This document shows, piece by piece, positions 11,617 through 22,696 of a DNA stretch of 64,000 nucleotides. The stretch comes from Rhodospirillaceae bacterium (GTDB lineage Bacteria; Pseudomonadota; Alphaproteobacteria; GCA-2746255), in assembly GCA_002746255.1 (NCBI GenBank), contig NVWO01000001.1, positions 97,198 through 161,197 of the forward strand, given 5' to 3'. Each line of letters starts with the position of its first letter. Position 1 is the stretch's first letter. Made by a program: the position numbers and the translations under genes. The notes beneath the pieces are model-generated. The model worked only from the letters and a program-made list of their open reading frames with translations. It was not told the DNA's origin and searched no databases.

Positions 11617-12771
11617 ATGACAAAGCCGACGGCTCGACCGCAAAACGCCCGTTTTTCATCCGGTCCCTGCACGAAACGCCCGGGTTGGTCGCTCGACGCC
11701 TTGAGGGATGCGGCGCTTGGGCGCTCGCACCGTTCGAAGCCGGGGAAGGCAAAAATCGAAGAAGTGCTTGCCCGCAGCCGGGATTTGCTTGGCCTGCCGG
11801 AGGATTACCGGATCGGCATCGTGCCGGGTTCCGATAGCGGCGCTTTTGAAATGGCCATGTGGTCGATGCTGGGCGCGCGCGGCGTTGACGTGCTGGCCTG
11901 GGAAAGTTTTGGCAAGGGCTGGCTGACGGACATTGTGAAGCATCTGAAACTGGACGATGTGCGTTCCTTTGAGGCGGATTACGGAAAATTGCCGGATCTC
12001 ACCCAGGTGGATACGGACCGCGACGTTGTCTTTACCTGGAACGGGACGACGTCCGGTGTTTGCGTGCCAAACGGGGACTGGATTGCAGACGACCGCAAGG
12101 GGCTGACATTTTGCGACGCGACCTCGGCCGTTTTCGCGATGTCGCTGCCCTGGGAAAAAATCGATGTTGCGACCTATTCCTGGCAGAAAGTCATGGGCGG
12201 CGAAGCGGCCCACGGCATTCTTGTCTTAAGCCCGCGCGCCGTTGAGCGGCTGGAAAGTTATACGCCGGCCTGGCCGTTGCCGAAGGTTTTCCGGATGACG
12301 AAGGGCGGTAAATTAATTGAAGGAATTTTCAAGGGCGCGACCATCAACACGCCTTCCATGCTTTGCGTTGAAGATGCGCTTGACGCGCTTCGATGGATGG
12401 ACGGCCTTGGCGGCCGGGACGCGATTGTCGCGCGCAGCCGTGACAACCTTGCCTGTCTCGCCGCCTGGGTTGAAAAGACCCCGTGGGTTGGGTTTCTGGC
12501 GAAGGCGGCGGCAAGCCGTTCTTCGACGTCGGTGTGCTTTAAAATCGAAGACCCATGGTTTGTGTCCCTGGACCCGGACGGGAAGTCTGCGGCCCTGAAG
12601 AAATTAACCAGCGCCCTTGAAAAGGAAGGCGTTGCCTATGATATCGGAGGCTATCGCGATGCCCCGCCAGGCCTTCGGGTCTGGGCGGGAAGCACCGTCG
12701 AAAAGGCCGATCTTGAGGCGCTTCTTCCTTGGTTGGACTGGGCCTTCGCCGAAACAAAAGCAAACGCGTAA
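11617..12771 (+). CDS. serC: Phosphoserine aminotransferase (long alphaproteobacterial-type form)
   Basis: N-terminus RFSSGPC.KRPGWSL and the PLP-enzyme fold. Immediately upstream of serA. Confidence 0.85.
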   Translation: MTKPTARPQNARFSSGPCTKRPGWSLDALRDAALGRSHRSKPGKAKIEEVLARSRDLLGLPEDYRIGIVPGSDSGAFEMAMWSMLGARGVDVLAWESFGKGWLTDIVKHLKLDDVRSFEADYGKLPDLTQVDTDRDVVFTWNGTTSGVCVPNGDWIADDRKGLTFCDATSAVFAMSLPWEKIDVATYSWQKVMGGEAAHGILVLSPRAVERLESYTPAWPLPKVFRMTKGGKLIEGIFKGATINTPSMLCVEDALDALRWMDGLGGRDAIVARSRDNLACLAAWVEKTPWVGFLAKAAASRSSTSVCFKIEDPWFVSLDPDGKSAALKKLTSALEKEGVAYDIGGYRDAPPGLRVWAGSTVEKADLEALLPWLDWAFAETKANA

Positions 12772-12783
12772 AATGGATATGCC

Positions 12784-14361
12784 ATGCCCAAAGTTTTAAT
12801 TTCTGACAAAATGAGCCCACGCGCCGAGGAAATTTTCCGTGAGCGCGGCCTTGACGTCGATTTCAAGCCCGGGATGACGCCCGATGCGTTGAAGGCGTGT
12901 ATCGGCGAATATGACGGCCTTGCCATTCGTTCGGCAACGAAGGTCACGCCGGAGATTCTGGATGCTGCGTCGAATTTGAAGGCGGTTGGGCGTGCCGGGA
13001 TCGGTGTCGATAACGTTGATTTGCCGGCGGCGACCGCGCATGGCGTCGTCGTGATGAACACGCCCTTTGGCAATGCGATTACGACGGCCGAGCACGCAAT
13101 TGCGTTGCTGCTTGCGCTGGCGCGTCAAATTCCAGAAGCGAGCGCTTCGACGCACTCCGGGAAATGGGAAAAATCCCGTTTCATGGGGGTTGAGGTCACC
13201 GGCAAGACCCTTGGCATCATCGGTTGCGGGAACATTGGCGCAATCGTGGCGGATCGGGCGCTGGGCCTGAAGATGAAAGTGGTGGCCTATGATCCCTATC
13301 TTGGGTCAGACCGCGCGGCGGACCTTTGCATTGAGAAGGTGGAGCTTGACACGTTGCTTGCCCGTTCCGATTTCATCACGCTGCACACGCCGCTGAACGA
13401 TGCGACGCGGAACCTGATAAACGCTGAAGCCATCGCCAAGATGCGCGATGGGGTCCGGATTATCAATTGCGCAAGAGGCGGCCTGGTTAACGAGGTGGAT
13501 TTGAAGGCGGCGATTGAGGCCGGGAAGGTCGCGGGTGCCGCCGTTGACGTCTTTTCGGAAGAACCGGCCCGTGAAAACGTTCTCTTTGGAATGGAAAAGG
13601 TGATTGTCACGCCGCATCTTGGTGCCTCGACATCGGAAGCGCAGGAGAATGTGGCCATTCAGGTTGCCGAGCAGATTGCGGATTACCTTCTTACCGGGGC
13701 GGTGACGAATGCGATCAACATGCCGTCGGTTACGGCAGAGGAATCAGTGCGACTGCGCCCTTACATGAAACTCGCCCAGCAATTGGGAAGCTTTGCCGGG
13801 CAGATGATCCAGACGGGCCTTGAGGCGGTCACCATCGAATATGCCGGTCATGTGACGGAACTGAACACGCGGCCGCTGACAGCCCTCGTGCTTCAGGGAT
13901 TGCTGGCGCCGCTTATGGAATCGGTGAACATGGTGAACGCACCGACGATTGCGCGCGAGCGCGATATCGATGTGACCGAAATACGCCATGAGCGCGAGGC
14001 GGACTACCAGACTCTCATTCGCCTTGTCGTGAAGACCGAGAAGGAGACACGCAGCGTGGCCGGGACCCTCTTTGGTGGCAGCAAACCGCGTGTTGTCCAG
14101 GTTGACGACATTGCCGTTGAGGCCGAATTGGGCCCGCATATGCTTTTCGTGATAAATCAGGACAAGCCGGGCTTCATCGGCAATCTGGGCAGCGTGCTTG
14201 GGCGCAATGGGGTGAACATCGCAACCTTTCATCTTGGCCGTAAGGCACCGAATGGAAATGCGCTGGCGCTGATCCAGGTGGACGAAAAGATCGACAGCGC
14301 AACCCTTGAAGAAGTGCACGCGATCCCGGAAGTTCTCCAAGCCTATTCGCTTTCTTTCTAG
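12784..14361 (+). CDS. serA: D-3-phosphoglycerate dehydrogenase with C-terminal ACT domain
   Basis: N-terminus MPKVLISDK, NAD-binding motif GIIGCGNIGAIVA, catalytic HTPL, and a ~525-aa length that includes ACT and ASB domains. Confidence 0.9.
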   Translation: MPKVLISDKMSPRAEEIFRERGLDVDFKPGMTPDALKACIGEYDGLAIRSATKVTPEILDAASNLKAVGRAGIGVDNVDLPAATAHGVVVMNTPFGNAITTAEHAIALLLALARQIPEASASTHSGKWEKSRFMGVEVTGKTLGIIGCGNIGAIVADRALGLKMKVVAYDPYLGSDRAADLCIEKVELDTLLARSDFITLHTPLNDATRNLINAEAIAKMRDGVRIINCARGGLVNEVDLKAAIEAGKVAGAAVDVFSEEPARENVLFGMEKVIVTPHLGASTSEAQENVAIQVAEQIADYLLTGAVTNAINMPSVTAEESVRLRPYMKLAQQLGSFAGQMIQTGLEAVTIEYAGHVTELNTRPLTALVLQGLLAPLMESVNMVNAPTIARERDIDVTEIRHEREADYQTLIRLVVKTEKETRSVAGTLFGGSKPRVVQVDDIAVEAELGPHMLFVINQDKPGFIGNLGSVLGRNGVNIATFHLGRKAPNGNALALIQVDEKIDSATLEEVHAIPEVLQAYSLSF

Positions 14362-14510
14362 GGAAACTGGGCTAAATTTCTATTGGTTTCCGGTAGGATG
14401 GCACCAGGGTTTCCGTGGGTCTGGAAACCGGCTAGGACGAAACCGGCTCAAATTTTCCTGGCGTGGAAGGATCGCCTGGAAATGGGAGGATCCCTGAGGA
14501 TGGGGAGGCC

Positions 14511-17005
<2,495 letters not shown>

Positions 17006-17112
17006 TTCTCTAACCGCTTGAAATACCTAAAATTTTAGTCATTTTTACGAAGAAATTAACGGTTTCTTTTCCTTCCTGCTGCAAAATTTTCAGGACGCGT
17101 TCTGCTAGGACA

Positions 17113-19164
17113 ATGGAAGCGGAAATGACAGCGGTCGAGAGAGCGGAAAAGGAAGAGGCCACGGAAGCGGTGGCAGCTCCCCCATCCGGGGGTGAGATTT
17201 TGCTGAAAGGGCGGTATGGGCTTCTTTTGGACATGCCATTGCCTGCCTATGATTCACCCACCGCAAAGGCCTATGCCATCAAGGACAGAGTCAATCCGGC
17301 CCTGTCGCTTTTCGCCCATGTCTGCGCCGAAGGCCTGCCGTTGTACTGGTCGTTTCTTGAACAGCAGCGCCGGCAAAACATTGTCGGTGTCCTGCAGCTT
17401 GTCGAGGAAGGGGTCGTCACGTTGCCTTCCGTCGAGAACGCATGCCCGGTTTTTATTTATGTGCAACCGGGCGTGCCGCTTCGTTTCTCGATCACGGAGC
17501 CGATGACGGGGAAAGCGATTGAGACGACCGTTCTTGCGCCGGTGGTGGAAACCCTGAGGCGATTGGAGGCTCAGGACCTCACCCATCGTGGCATTCGACC
17601 GGACAATTTATTTGTGTCTAAAGACAAGGAAAGGTCGGGCATTGTGCTTGGCGACGGTGTTTCGTCGCCGGCGGCGTATAACCAGCCGGTCCTGTTCGAG
17701 CCGATCGAAAGCGCGCTGGCCAATCCAGCAGGCCGTGGAGGGGGGGCGGTTGCTGACGATATCTACGCGCTCGGCGTTACGGCGCTTACGCTTTTTTTAG
17801 GTGAACTTCCGGTGAAAGAGACGGACCCGGAAGCCATTCTGACGGGGAAAATCGAGAAGGGCTCCTACGACTTTTTAACGGGCAAGTTAGCCTCGGCACG
17901 GCTTTCGCTGCGCATGAAGGAATTCTTGAAAGGCACCCTTCACGACAAGGCGGACAAGCGATGGGGCCTCAAGCAACTCGAAGGCTGGCTGAATAGCTAT
18001 CAGGCGCAGAACATGCCAAGTGTTCCAAGTTCGGAGCAGCATGTTTTTACCTTTCTGAAAGAACAATATACAACGGGCCGCTCGCTGGCTCGCGCCTTTC
18101 TGAAACACCCCCAGGAGGCGAGCAAGGCGCTTCGCGAGCCCCGGTTTGAATCCTGGGCGGTGCGTAGTCTCGCGGACCAGAAGATTGCGCGCATTGTTAC
18201 GGAAGAGGTTACGAAAAACCGCGTTTCCCCGGTGCCGGCAGAGCAGCTGGTGGCGCGGATCGCCATTCTTCTCGATCCGGCGGCGCCCGTTCGCTACAAG
18301 GGTTTTTCGGCTTTGATTGACGGGTTTGGCGGCCTGCTTGCGAGCCAATATGCCGACGAGCAGATGCGGCGCGATTTTTCCGATGTCATCCGCCTTCATC
18401 TTCCCCAGCTTTGGCTTTCCGCCCGGGGTTTGGAGGTGGCAAAGAACCGCAAAACCCTGAAGCGCTTTCAACGGCTCCAGCATTTTCTTAATCGCCGCGG
18501 GTTTGGCTTCGGCCTCGCGCGTTACCTTTACGAGCTTATGCCGGGCCTGCGTTGTCAAAGCGCGCTTGTTCTTCCGGGATATTGCGCGAAAGTTTCCGAC
18601 CTGTTGCCGGCACTTGAGGCGACGGCAGGCAAGCTGGAGAAGTTTGTCGAGCCAATGGACGAACACATCGCCGCCTTCATTGCGAGTCGGTTCTCTGCCA
18701 AGGTCGAACCGTTTCTTTTTTCGCTTGCTTCGCCCGCAGGTTCTGCCGAGCGTGTGCTGGCGATCCTGGGCCTGTTGGCCAGTTTGCAGGATCGCTTTGG
18801 ACTGGCGCGGCTGACAAAGCTTACCGGCTGGGCGTGGAAACTTCTGCCGCCGGTTTTTGCGAGCTATCACAATCTGGCGCTTCGCAAGCAACTTGAACAG
18901 GACGCGGAAAAAATCGCCGCGAAGGGAAACCTTATTGAAATCTATAACCTGGTTGGCAGTCCGGCGAAGCGTCAGGCGGATCGCCGCGCCCACGCGATTG
19001 CGCGCAACCAATTCATGCGGTCGCTTGGCGAAACGGCGCAAATTGATCGCAAGCTGAAGGGGCTGTCAATAACATCGCTTGTGTTTGGGCATCTGTTTGC
19101 GGCCCGGGTTTCTCTTCTGATCGCGCTGGTTGCGATCAGTGTCGCGCTTTCAAAATATATTTAG
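17113..19164 (+). CDS. Protein-kinase-fold (likely pseudokinase) protein with C-terminal TM helix
   Basis: An AYAIKD segment resembles the VAIK lysine region. HRGIRPDN occupies the HRDLKPxN catalytic-loop position with the Asp replaced by Gly. LGDGV sits at the DFG position. DDIYALGVTALTLFLGELP resembles subdomain IX. A ~400-aa C-terminal region ends in a hydrophobic helix. Confidence 0.55.
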   Translation: MEAEMTAVERAEKEEATEAVAAPPSGGEILLKGRYGLLLDMPLPAYDSPTAKAYAIKDRVNPALSLFAHVCAEGLPLYWSFLEQQRRQNIVGVLQLVEEGVVTLPSVENACPVFIYVQPGVPLRFSITEPMTGKAIETTVLAPVVETLRRLEAQDLTHRGIRPDNLFVSKDKERSGIVLGDGVSSPAAYNQPVLFEPIESALANPAGRGGGAVADDIYALGVTALTLFLGELPVKETDPEAILTGKIEKGSYDFLTGKLASARLSLRMKEFLKGTLHDKADKRWGLKQLEGWLNSYQAQNMPSVPSSEQHVFTFLKEQYTTGRSLARAFLKHPQEASKALREPRFESWAVRSLADQKIARIVTEEVTKNRVSPVPAEQLVARIAILLDPAAPVRYKGFSALIDGFGGLLASQYADEQMRRDFSDVIRLHLPQLWLSARGLEVAKNRKTLKRFQRLQHFLNRRGFGFGLARYLYELMPGLRCQSALVLPGYCAKVSDLLPALEATAGKLEKFVEPMDEHIAAFIASRFSAKVEPFLFSLASPAGSAERVLAILGLLASLQDRFGLARLTKLTGWAWKLLPPVFASYHNLALRKQLEQDAEKIAAKGNLIEIYNLVGSPAKRQADRRAHAIARNQFMRSLGETAQIDRKLKGLSITSLVFGHLFAARVSLLIALVAISVALSKYI

Positions 19165-19173
19165 GATGGGCTC

Positions 19174-19668
19174 ATGACAAGGCGAGTGGCAGCTGCGCAC
19201 AGACAGAAAGCAAGCACGGGCATCGGACTCTGGTGGGTCCTTGGGTTGCTTGTGCTTGCGGCCATCTCGACTTTCGCGCTGCCGGTTGTTCTTCTTCTGA
19301 CGCTCGGCATGCTGCCGTCCTGGGTTGCCTTCATCGTTGATGGCCAGCCGGGCAGGGCCGCTGGAAAATGTGTCATGCCGCTGAACATCGCTGGCGTTGC
19401 CCCCTATCTTGTAAGCCTGTTGGCGGTGGCCGGACAGGGGGAAATGGATACGGCCTTTCTTCTTCTTACGGATCCCGTCACATGGCTTGTCATGTATGGC
19501 ACCGCCGCCATTGGCTGGCTGATCTATTTCGGGATGCCTTATCTTGTCGGCGCGGTGATCGAAATTCGCGCCGAGCATCGCAAGACGCAGCTTGTCGCTT
19601 TGCGAAAAGAATTAATCGAGGTGTGGGGCGAAGAAATCGGGCGCGCAGTAGCAAAACTAAACAAATGA
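19174..19668 (+). CDS. Hypothetical small integral membrane protein
   Basis: Starts 10 nt after the kinase-fold gene. Has 3-4 predicted TM helices and no recognizable motif. Confidence 0.45.
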   Translation: MTRRVAAAHRQKASTGIGLWWVLGLLVLAAISTFALPVVLLLTLGMLPSWVAFIVDGQPGRAAGKCVMPLNIAGVAPYLVSLLAVAGQGEMDTAFLLLTDPVTWLVMYGTAAIGWLIYFGMPYLVGAVIEIRAEHRKTQLVALRKELIEVWGEEIGRAVAKLNK

Positions 19669-19702
19669 GCGTGCCGGTCCTTTAGAAGCCTGCCGCCGCC
19701 GT

Positions 19703-20587
19703 TTAAGGGGCGACCCGCTGTTCAATGGCGGCGTTCTTTACGGCCTTTTGAATCTTTGCAAAGGCGCGGGCCTCGATCTGACGGACGCGTTCGCGTGAGA
19801 TGCCGTATTCCTGGCTTAACACCTCCAGGGTTGGCGGGTCGTCGCGCAGCTGACGTTCGGTCAGGATGTGGCGCTCGCGATCGTTCAGGCATGTCATCGC
19901 GTTGCGAAGCAGTTGCTGGCGGTTCGTCCGTTCTTCCTTTTCGGCGAACAGGCTTTCCTGATTGGGACTCTCGTCCTCAAGCCAGTCCATCCATTCCCCC
20001 TCGCTATCGGCGCGCAGGGGCGCGTTCAGGGAATAGTCCGGACCGCTCATCCGACCGTTCATCTCGATCACGTCTTTTTCGTTGACGTTGAGACGCTGGG
20101 CAATTTGCGCCACGATTTCCGGGCGAAGATTGCCGCCATCAATGGCCTGTAGCTGGCCTTTCAGACGCCGCAAATTAAAGAACAGCTTTTTCTGAGCCGC
20201 CGTCGTGCCCATTTTTACAAGCGACCAGGAACGCAGGATGTATTCCTGGATCGAGGCGCGAATCCACCACATTGCGTAAGTGGCCAGCCGGAAGCCGCGT
20301 TCCGGATCAAAACGCTTGACCGCCTGCATGATGCCAACATTGCCTTCGGAGATAAGATCCGCCAGCGGCAGGCCATAGCCGCGATAGCCCTTGGCGATTT
20401 TTGCCGCCAGGCGCAGATGGCTGGTTACCAGGCGATGGGCCGCCTCGGCGTCGCCATGTTCGGCAAAGCGTTTGGCCAGCATGTACTCCTCTTCCCGCTC
20501 CAGCATCGGAAATTTCCGGATTTCCTGAAGATAGCGGGTGAGGTTGTTTTCCGGTGAAAATGGAAGCACAACAGGAAGGCTTGTCAT
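19703..20587 (-). CDS. rpoH: RNA polymerase sigma-32 factor RpoH
   Basis: Sigma-70 regions 2-4 and the RpoH box QKKLFFNLRRLKG. The ATG at 20587 is preceded by a GGAGGA RBS. Track ORF start at 20680 is likely too long. Confidence 0.9.
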   Translation of the reverse strand: MTSLPVVLPFSPENNLTRYLQEIRKFPMLEREEEYMLAKRFAEHGDAEAAHRLVTSHLRLAAKIAKGYRGYGLPLADLISEGNVGIMQAVKRFDPERGFRLATYAMWWIRASIQEYILRSWSLVKMGTTAAQKKLFFNLRRLKGQLQAIDGGNLRPEIVAQIAQRLNVNEKDVIEMNGRMSGPDYSLNAPLRADSEGEWMDWLEDESPNQESLFAEKEERTNRQQLLRNAMTCLNDRERHILTERQLRDDPPTLEVLSQEYGISRERVRQIEARAFAKIQKAVKNAAIEQRVAP

Positions 20588-20713
20588 GATTGGATCCTCC
20601 CGGGCTTTTGCCCTTGCTTGCGATTTTAGCAATCTCATGTGCCGAGTGCTAAAATACGCGATTGCCACGGGATTTGTCAAGAAATATTGCTTTTCAAGAG
20701 GGTAAAAAAAATT

Positions 20714-21655
20714 TTAAATCAGTTCTAAATACTTTATTAACCTATTGAAATCATTTGGTAAATTGCTTTCAAAGCTTAGGGCCTTGCCGCTTTTGGGGTG
20801 GATAAACCCGATTCTATGGGCGTGCAGGGCTTGGCGGGAAAAGGCCTCGATGGCGGTGGCCACGGCAGGAGGAAGGCGGGCAGGGGGCCGCCTTCGCCCA
20901 TAGACGGGATCGCCCAGCAGCGGGTGGCCCAGATGGGCAAGATGGACACGGATCTGGTGGGTGCGACCGGTTTCAAGGCGGCATTCGATCAGGCTTGCCA
21001 CGTCGCCAAAGCGGGCGCGCAGCCGGTAATTGGTGGCGGCCGGGCGACCGCCCCGGGTCAGCACGGCCATCTTCTTGCGGTTCTTCGGGTTGCGTCCGAT
21101 GGCCGCTTCGATGCGGCCATGGATGGGCACCGGCACGCCCCAGACCAGGGCCAGGTAGATGCGTTTCAACTGCCGGCTTTGCAATTGTTCGGCCAGGCCC
21201 CGGTGGGCGGTGTCGTTCTTGGCGACGATGAGGAGGCCCGACGTGTCCTTGTCCAGCCGATGGACGATGCCGGGCCGCGCGACGCCGCCGATGCCGGAAA
21301 GGCTTTTCCCGCAATGGCGGATCAAGGCGTTGACAAGGGTGCGGTCCGGATTGCCGGGGGCGGGATGCACGACCAGGCCTGCGGGCTTGTCGATGACAAG
21401 AAGGTCGTTGTCCTCATAGGGAATGTCCAGGGGAATGGCCTGGCCTTGCGGTTTGGCAGGCACGACCGCCGGCACGGTAAGCACAAAGCGCTGCCCCGGT
21501 TTGACCCGCATGTTGGGGTCCGTTATCGTCCGCCCGTCCGAGACAAGATGCCCCGCTTCGATCAGGCGCTTGGCATGGCTTCGTGAGAGCTCCGGCCCAT
21601 GATCCGCCAGGAATTTGTCGAGGCGAACGCCTTTGTCCCGACCGTCGCCGGTCAT
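20714..21655 (-). CDS. rluD: 23S rRNA pseudouridine synthase, RluA/RluD family
   Basis: S4 domain (RLDKFLA) and catalytic motif HRLDKDTSGLL. Track ORF extends to 21748 through four TSPRx repeats. The internal ATG at 21655 gives a canonical RluD N-terminus. Confidence 0.8.
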   Translation of the reverse strand: MTGDGRDKGVRLDKFLADHGPELSRSHAKRLIEAGHLVSDGRTITDPNMRVKPGQRFVLTVPAVVPAKPQGQAIPLDIPYEDNDLLVIDKPAGLVVHPAPGNPDRTLVNALIRHCGKSLSGIGGVARPGIVHRLDKDTSGLLIVAKNDTAHRGLAEQLQSRQLKRIYLALVWGVPVPIHGRIEAAIGRNPKNRKKMAVLTRGGRPAATNYRLRARFGDVASLIECRLETGRTHQIRVHLAHLGHPLLGDPVYGRRRPPARLPPAVATAIEAFSRQALHAHRIGFIHPKSGKALSFESNLPNDFNRLIKYLELI

Positions 21656-21757
21656 CTGAAATTGGCGTGGTGATGTGTTGCGTGGCGACGTCTCGCGTGG
21701 CAGCGTGTCGCGTGGCGACGTGTCGCCGGGTTTGTTTTTTGTTGTCATGAAGGGAGA

Positions 21758-22078
21758 TTGGCCGAAACCATGCGAGGGCTCAAGTTTCTGGTGATTTTTC
21801 TTGGCGTTGTCATTCTGGGCGGCATGGTTGTCCTTGGGGTGACGATTGCCAAGCGTGCCTCGTCAAAACTGACGGTTGATTCAAATCCTCCGGCTTCTGC
21901 GTCCTTTGGCACGGCCACCCATGCCATCCCGAAAGGCGCGTATGTTGAGAAAAGCAGGGTCGAAGGGGAAAGGCTTTTTCTGCGCCTGGCCCTTGAAGAC
22001 GGTGCCGTGCGGATTTTGATCCTCAGCCTTAAGGACGGCTCCCTCCTGGGTACGATCGCGCTTGATCCCCAGCCATGA
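21758..22078 (+). CDS. Hypothetical small membrane-anchored protein
   Basis: One N-terminal TM helix followed by a ~70-aa soluble part. Divergent from rluD and overlaps the next ORF by 4 nt (ATGA). Confidence 0.45.
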   Translation: MAETMRGLKFLVIFLGVVILGGMVVLGVTIAKRASSKLTVDSNPPASASFGTATHAIPKGAYVEKSRVEGERLFLRLALEDGAVRILILSLKDGSLLGTIALDPQP

Positions 22079-22509
22079 TCCGCCTGCCGCGCAAAGGGTT
22101 GCGCGCGATCAAGGCGGCGGGCGAGGGCGCCTATCCCTTCGAGGCCTGCGGGCTGCTTGTTGGCCGCCTTGGGGCGGGCGGCGTCTATGACGTGACCCGC
22201 GTCGTACCCAGCGGCAACGTCGCCATCGACGCGACGGGGCGCAAAGACCGTTTCGAGATTGACCCGAAACTTCGCTTTGAAATCATGCGCGCCTGTGAGG
22301 GGACAGATGACGCCATCATCGGCCATTACCATTCCCACCCCGATCACCCGGCGGAACCGTCCCGGACCGACCTTGCCATGGCCTGGGACAAGGAATTTGT
22401 CTGGGTTATCGTCGCTGTCACAAAAGACGGGGCCGGCGCGGTCACGGCCCATATCGTGGCGGGGGATGGATTTTCGGCCATCCCCATAGAACTGCGCGAA
22501 GCCGATTGA
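22075..22509 (+). CDS. JAMM/MPN+ metalloprotease-domain protein (Mov34 family)
   Basis: JAMM zinc motif E...HYHSHPDHPAEPSRTD, of the form HxHx7Sx2D. About 140 aa. Confidence 0.7.
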   Translation: MIRLPRKGLRAIKAAGEGAYPFEACGLLVGRLGAGGVYDVTRVVPSGNVAIDATGRKDRFEIDPKLRFEIMRACEGTDDAIIGHYHSHPDHPAEPSRTDLAMAWDKEFVWVIVAVTKDGAGAVTAHIVAGDGFSAIPIELREAD

Positions 22510-22573
22510 CGGGCCAGGGGTCAAAGGCCTTGATTGCGAGCCTGGGATCGGGCAAGACTGCCGGGCCTTTCGG

Positions 22574-22649
22574 GTCCCCTTCGTCTAGCGGTCCAGGACA
22601 TCGCCCTCTCACGGCGAAAACAGGGGTTCGATTCCCCTAGGGGATACCA
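22574..22649 (+). tRNA. tRNA-Glu (anticodon CTC)
   Basis: GTCCCCTTCGTCTAGCGGTCCAGGACATCGCCCTCTCACGGCGAAAACAGGGGTTCGATTCCCCTAGGGGATACCA forms a cloverleaf. It has a 7-bp acceptor stem with G1:U72, T-loop TTCGATT, anticodon loop CTCTCAC and an encoded CCA. It is near-identical to enterobacterial tRNA-Glu. Confidence 0.85.
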
Positions 22650-22650
22650 A
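22633..22650. repeat. attL-like 18-bp direct repeat (TCCCCTAGGGGATACCAA) covering the tRNA-Glu 3' end
   Basis: An exact 18-bp copy recurs at 43803-43820. Confidence 0.7.
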
Positions 22651-22696
22651 TTTTCTTATTCGGCGCTTAAGTTCAGTGACTTAGCTATCCAAGACA

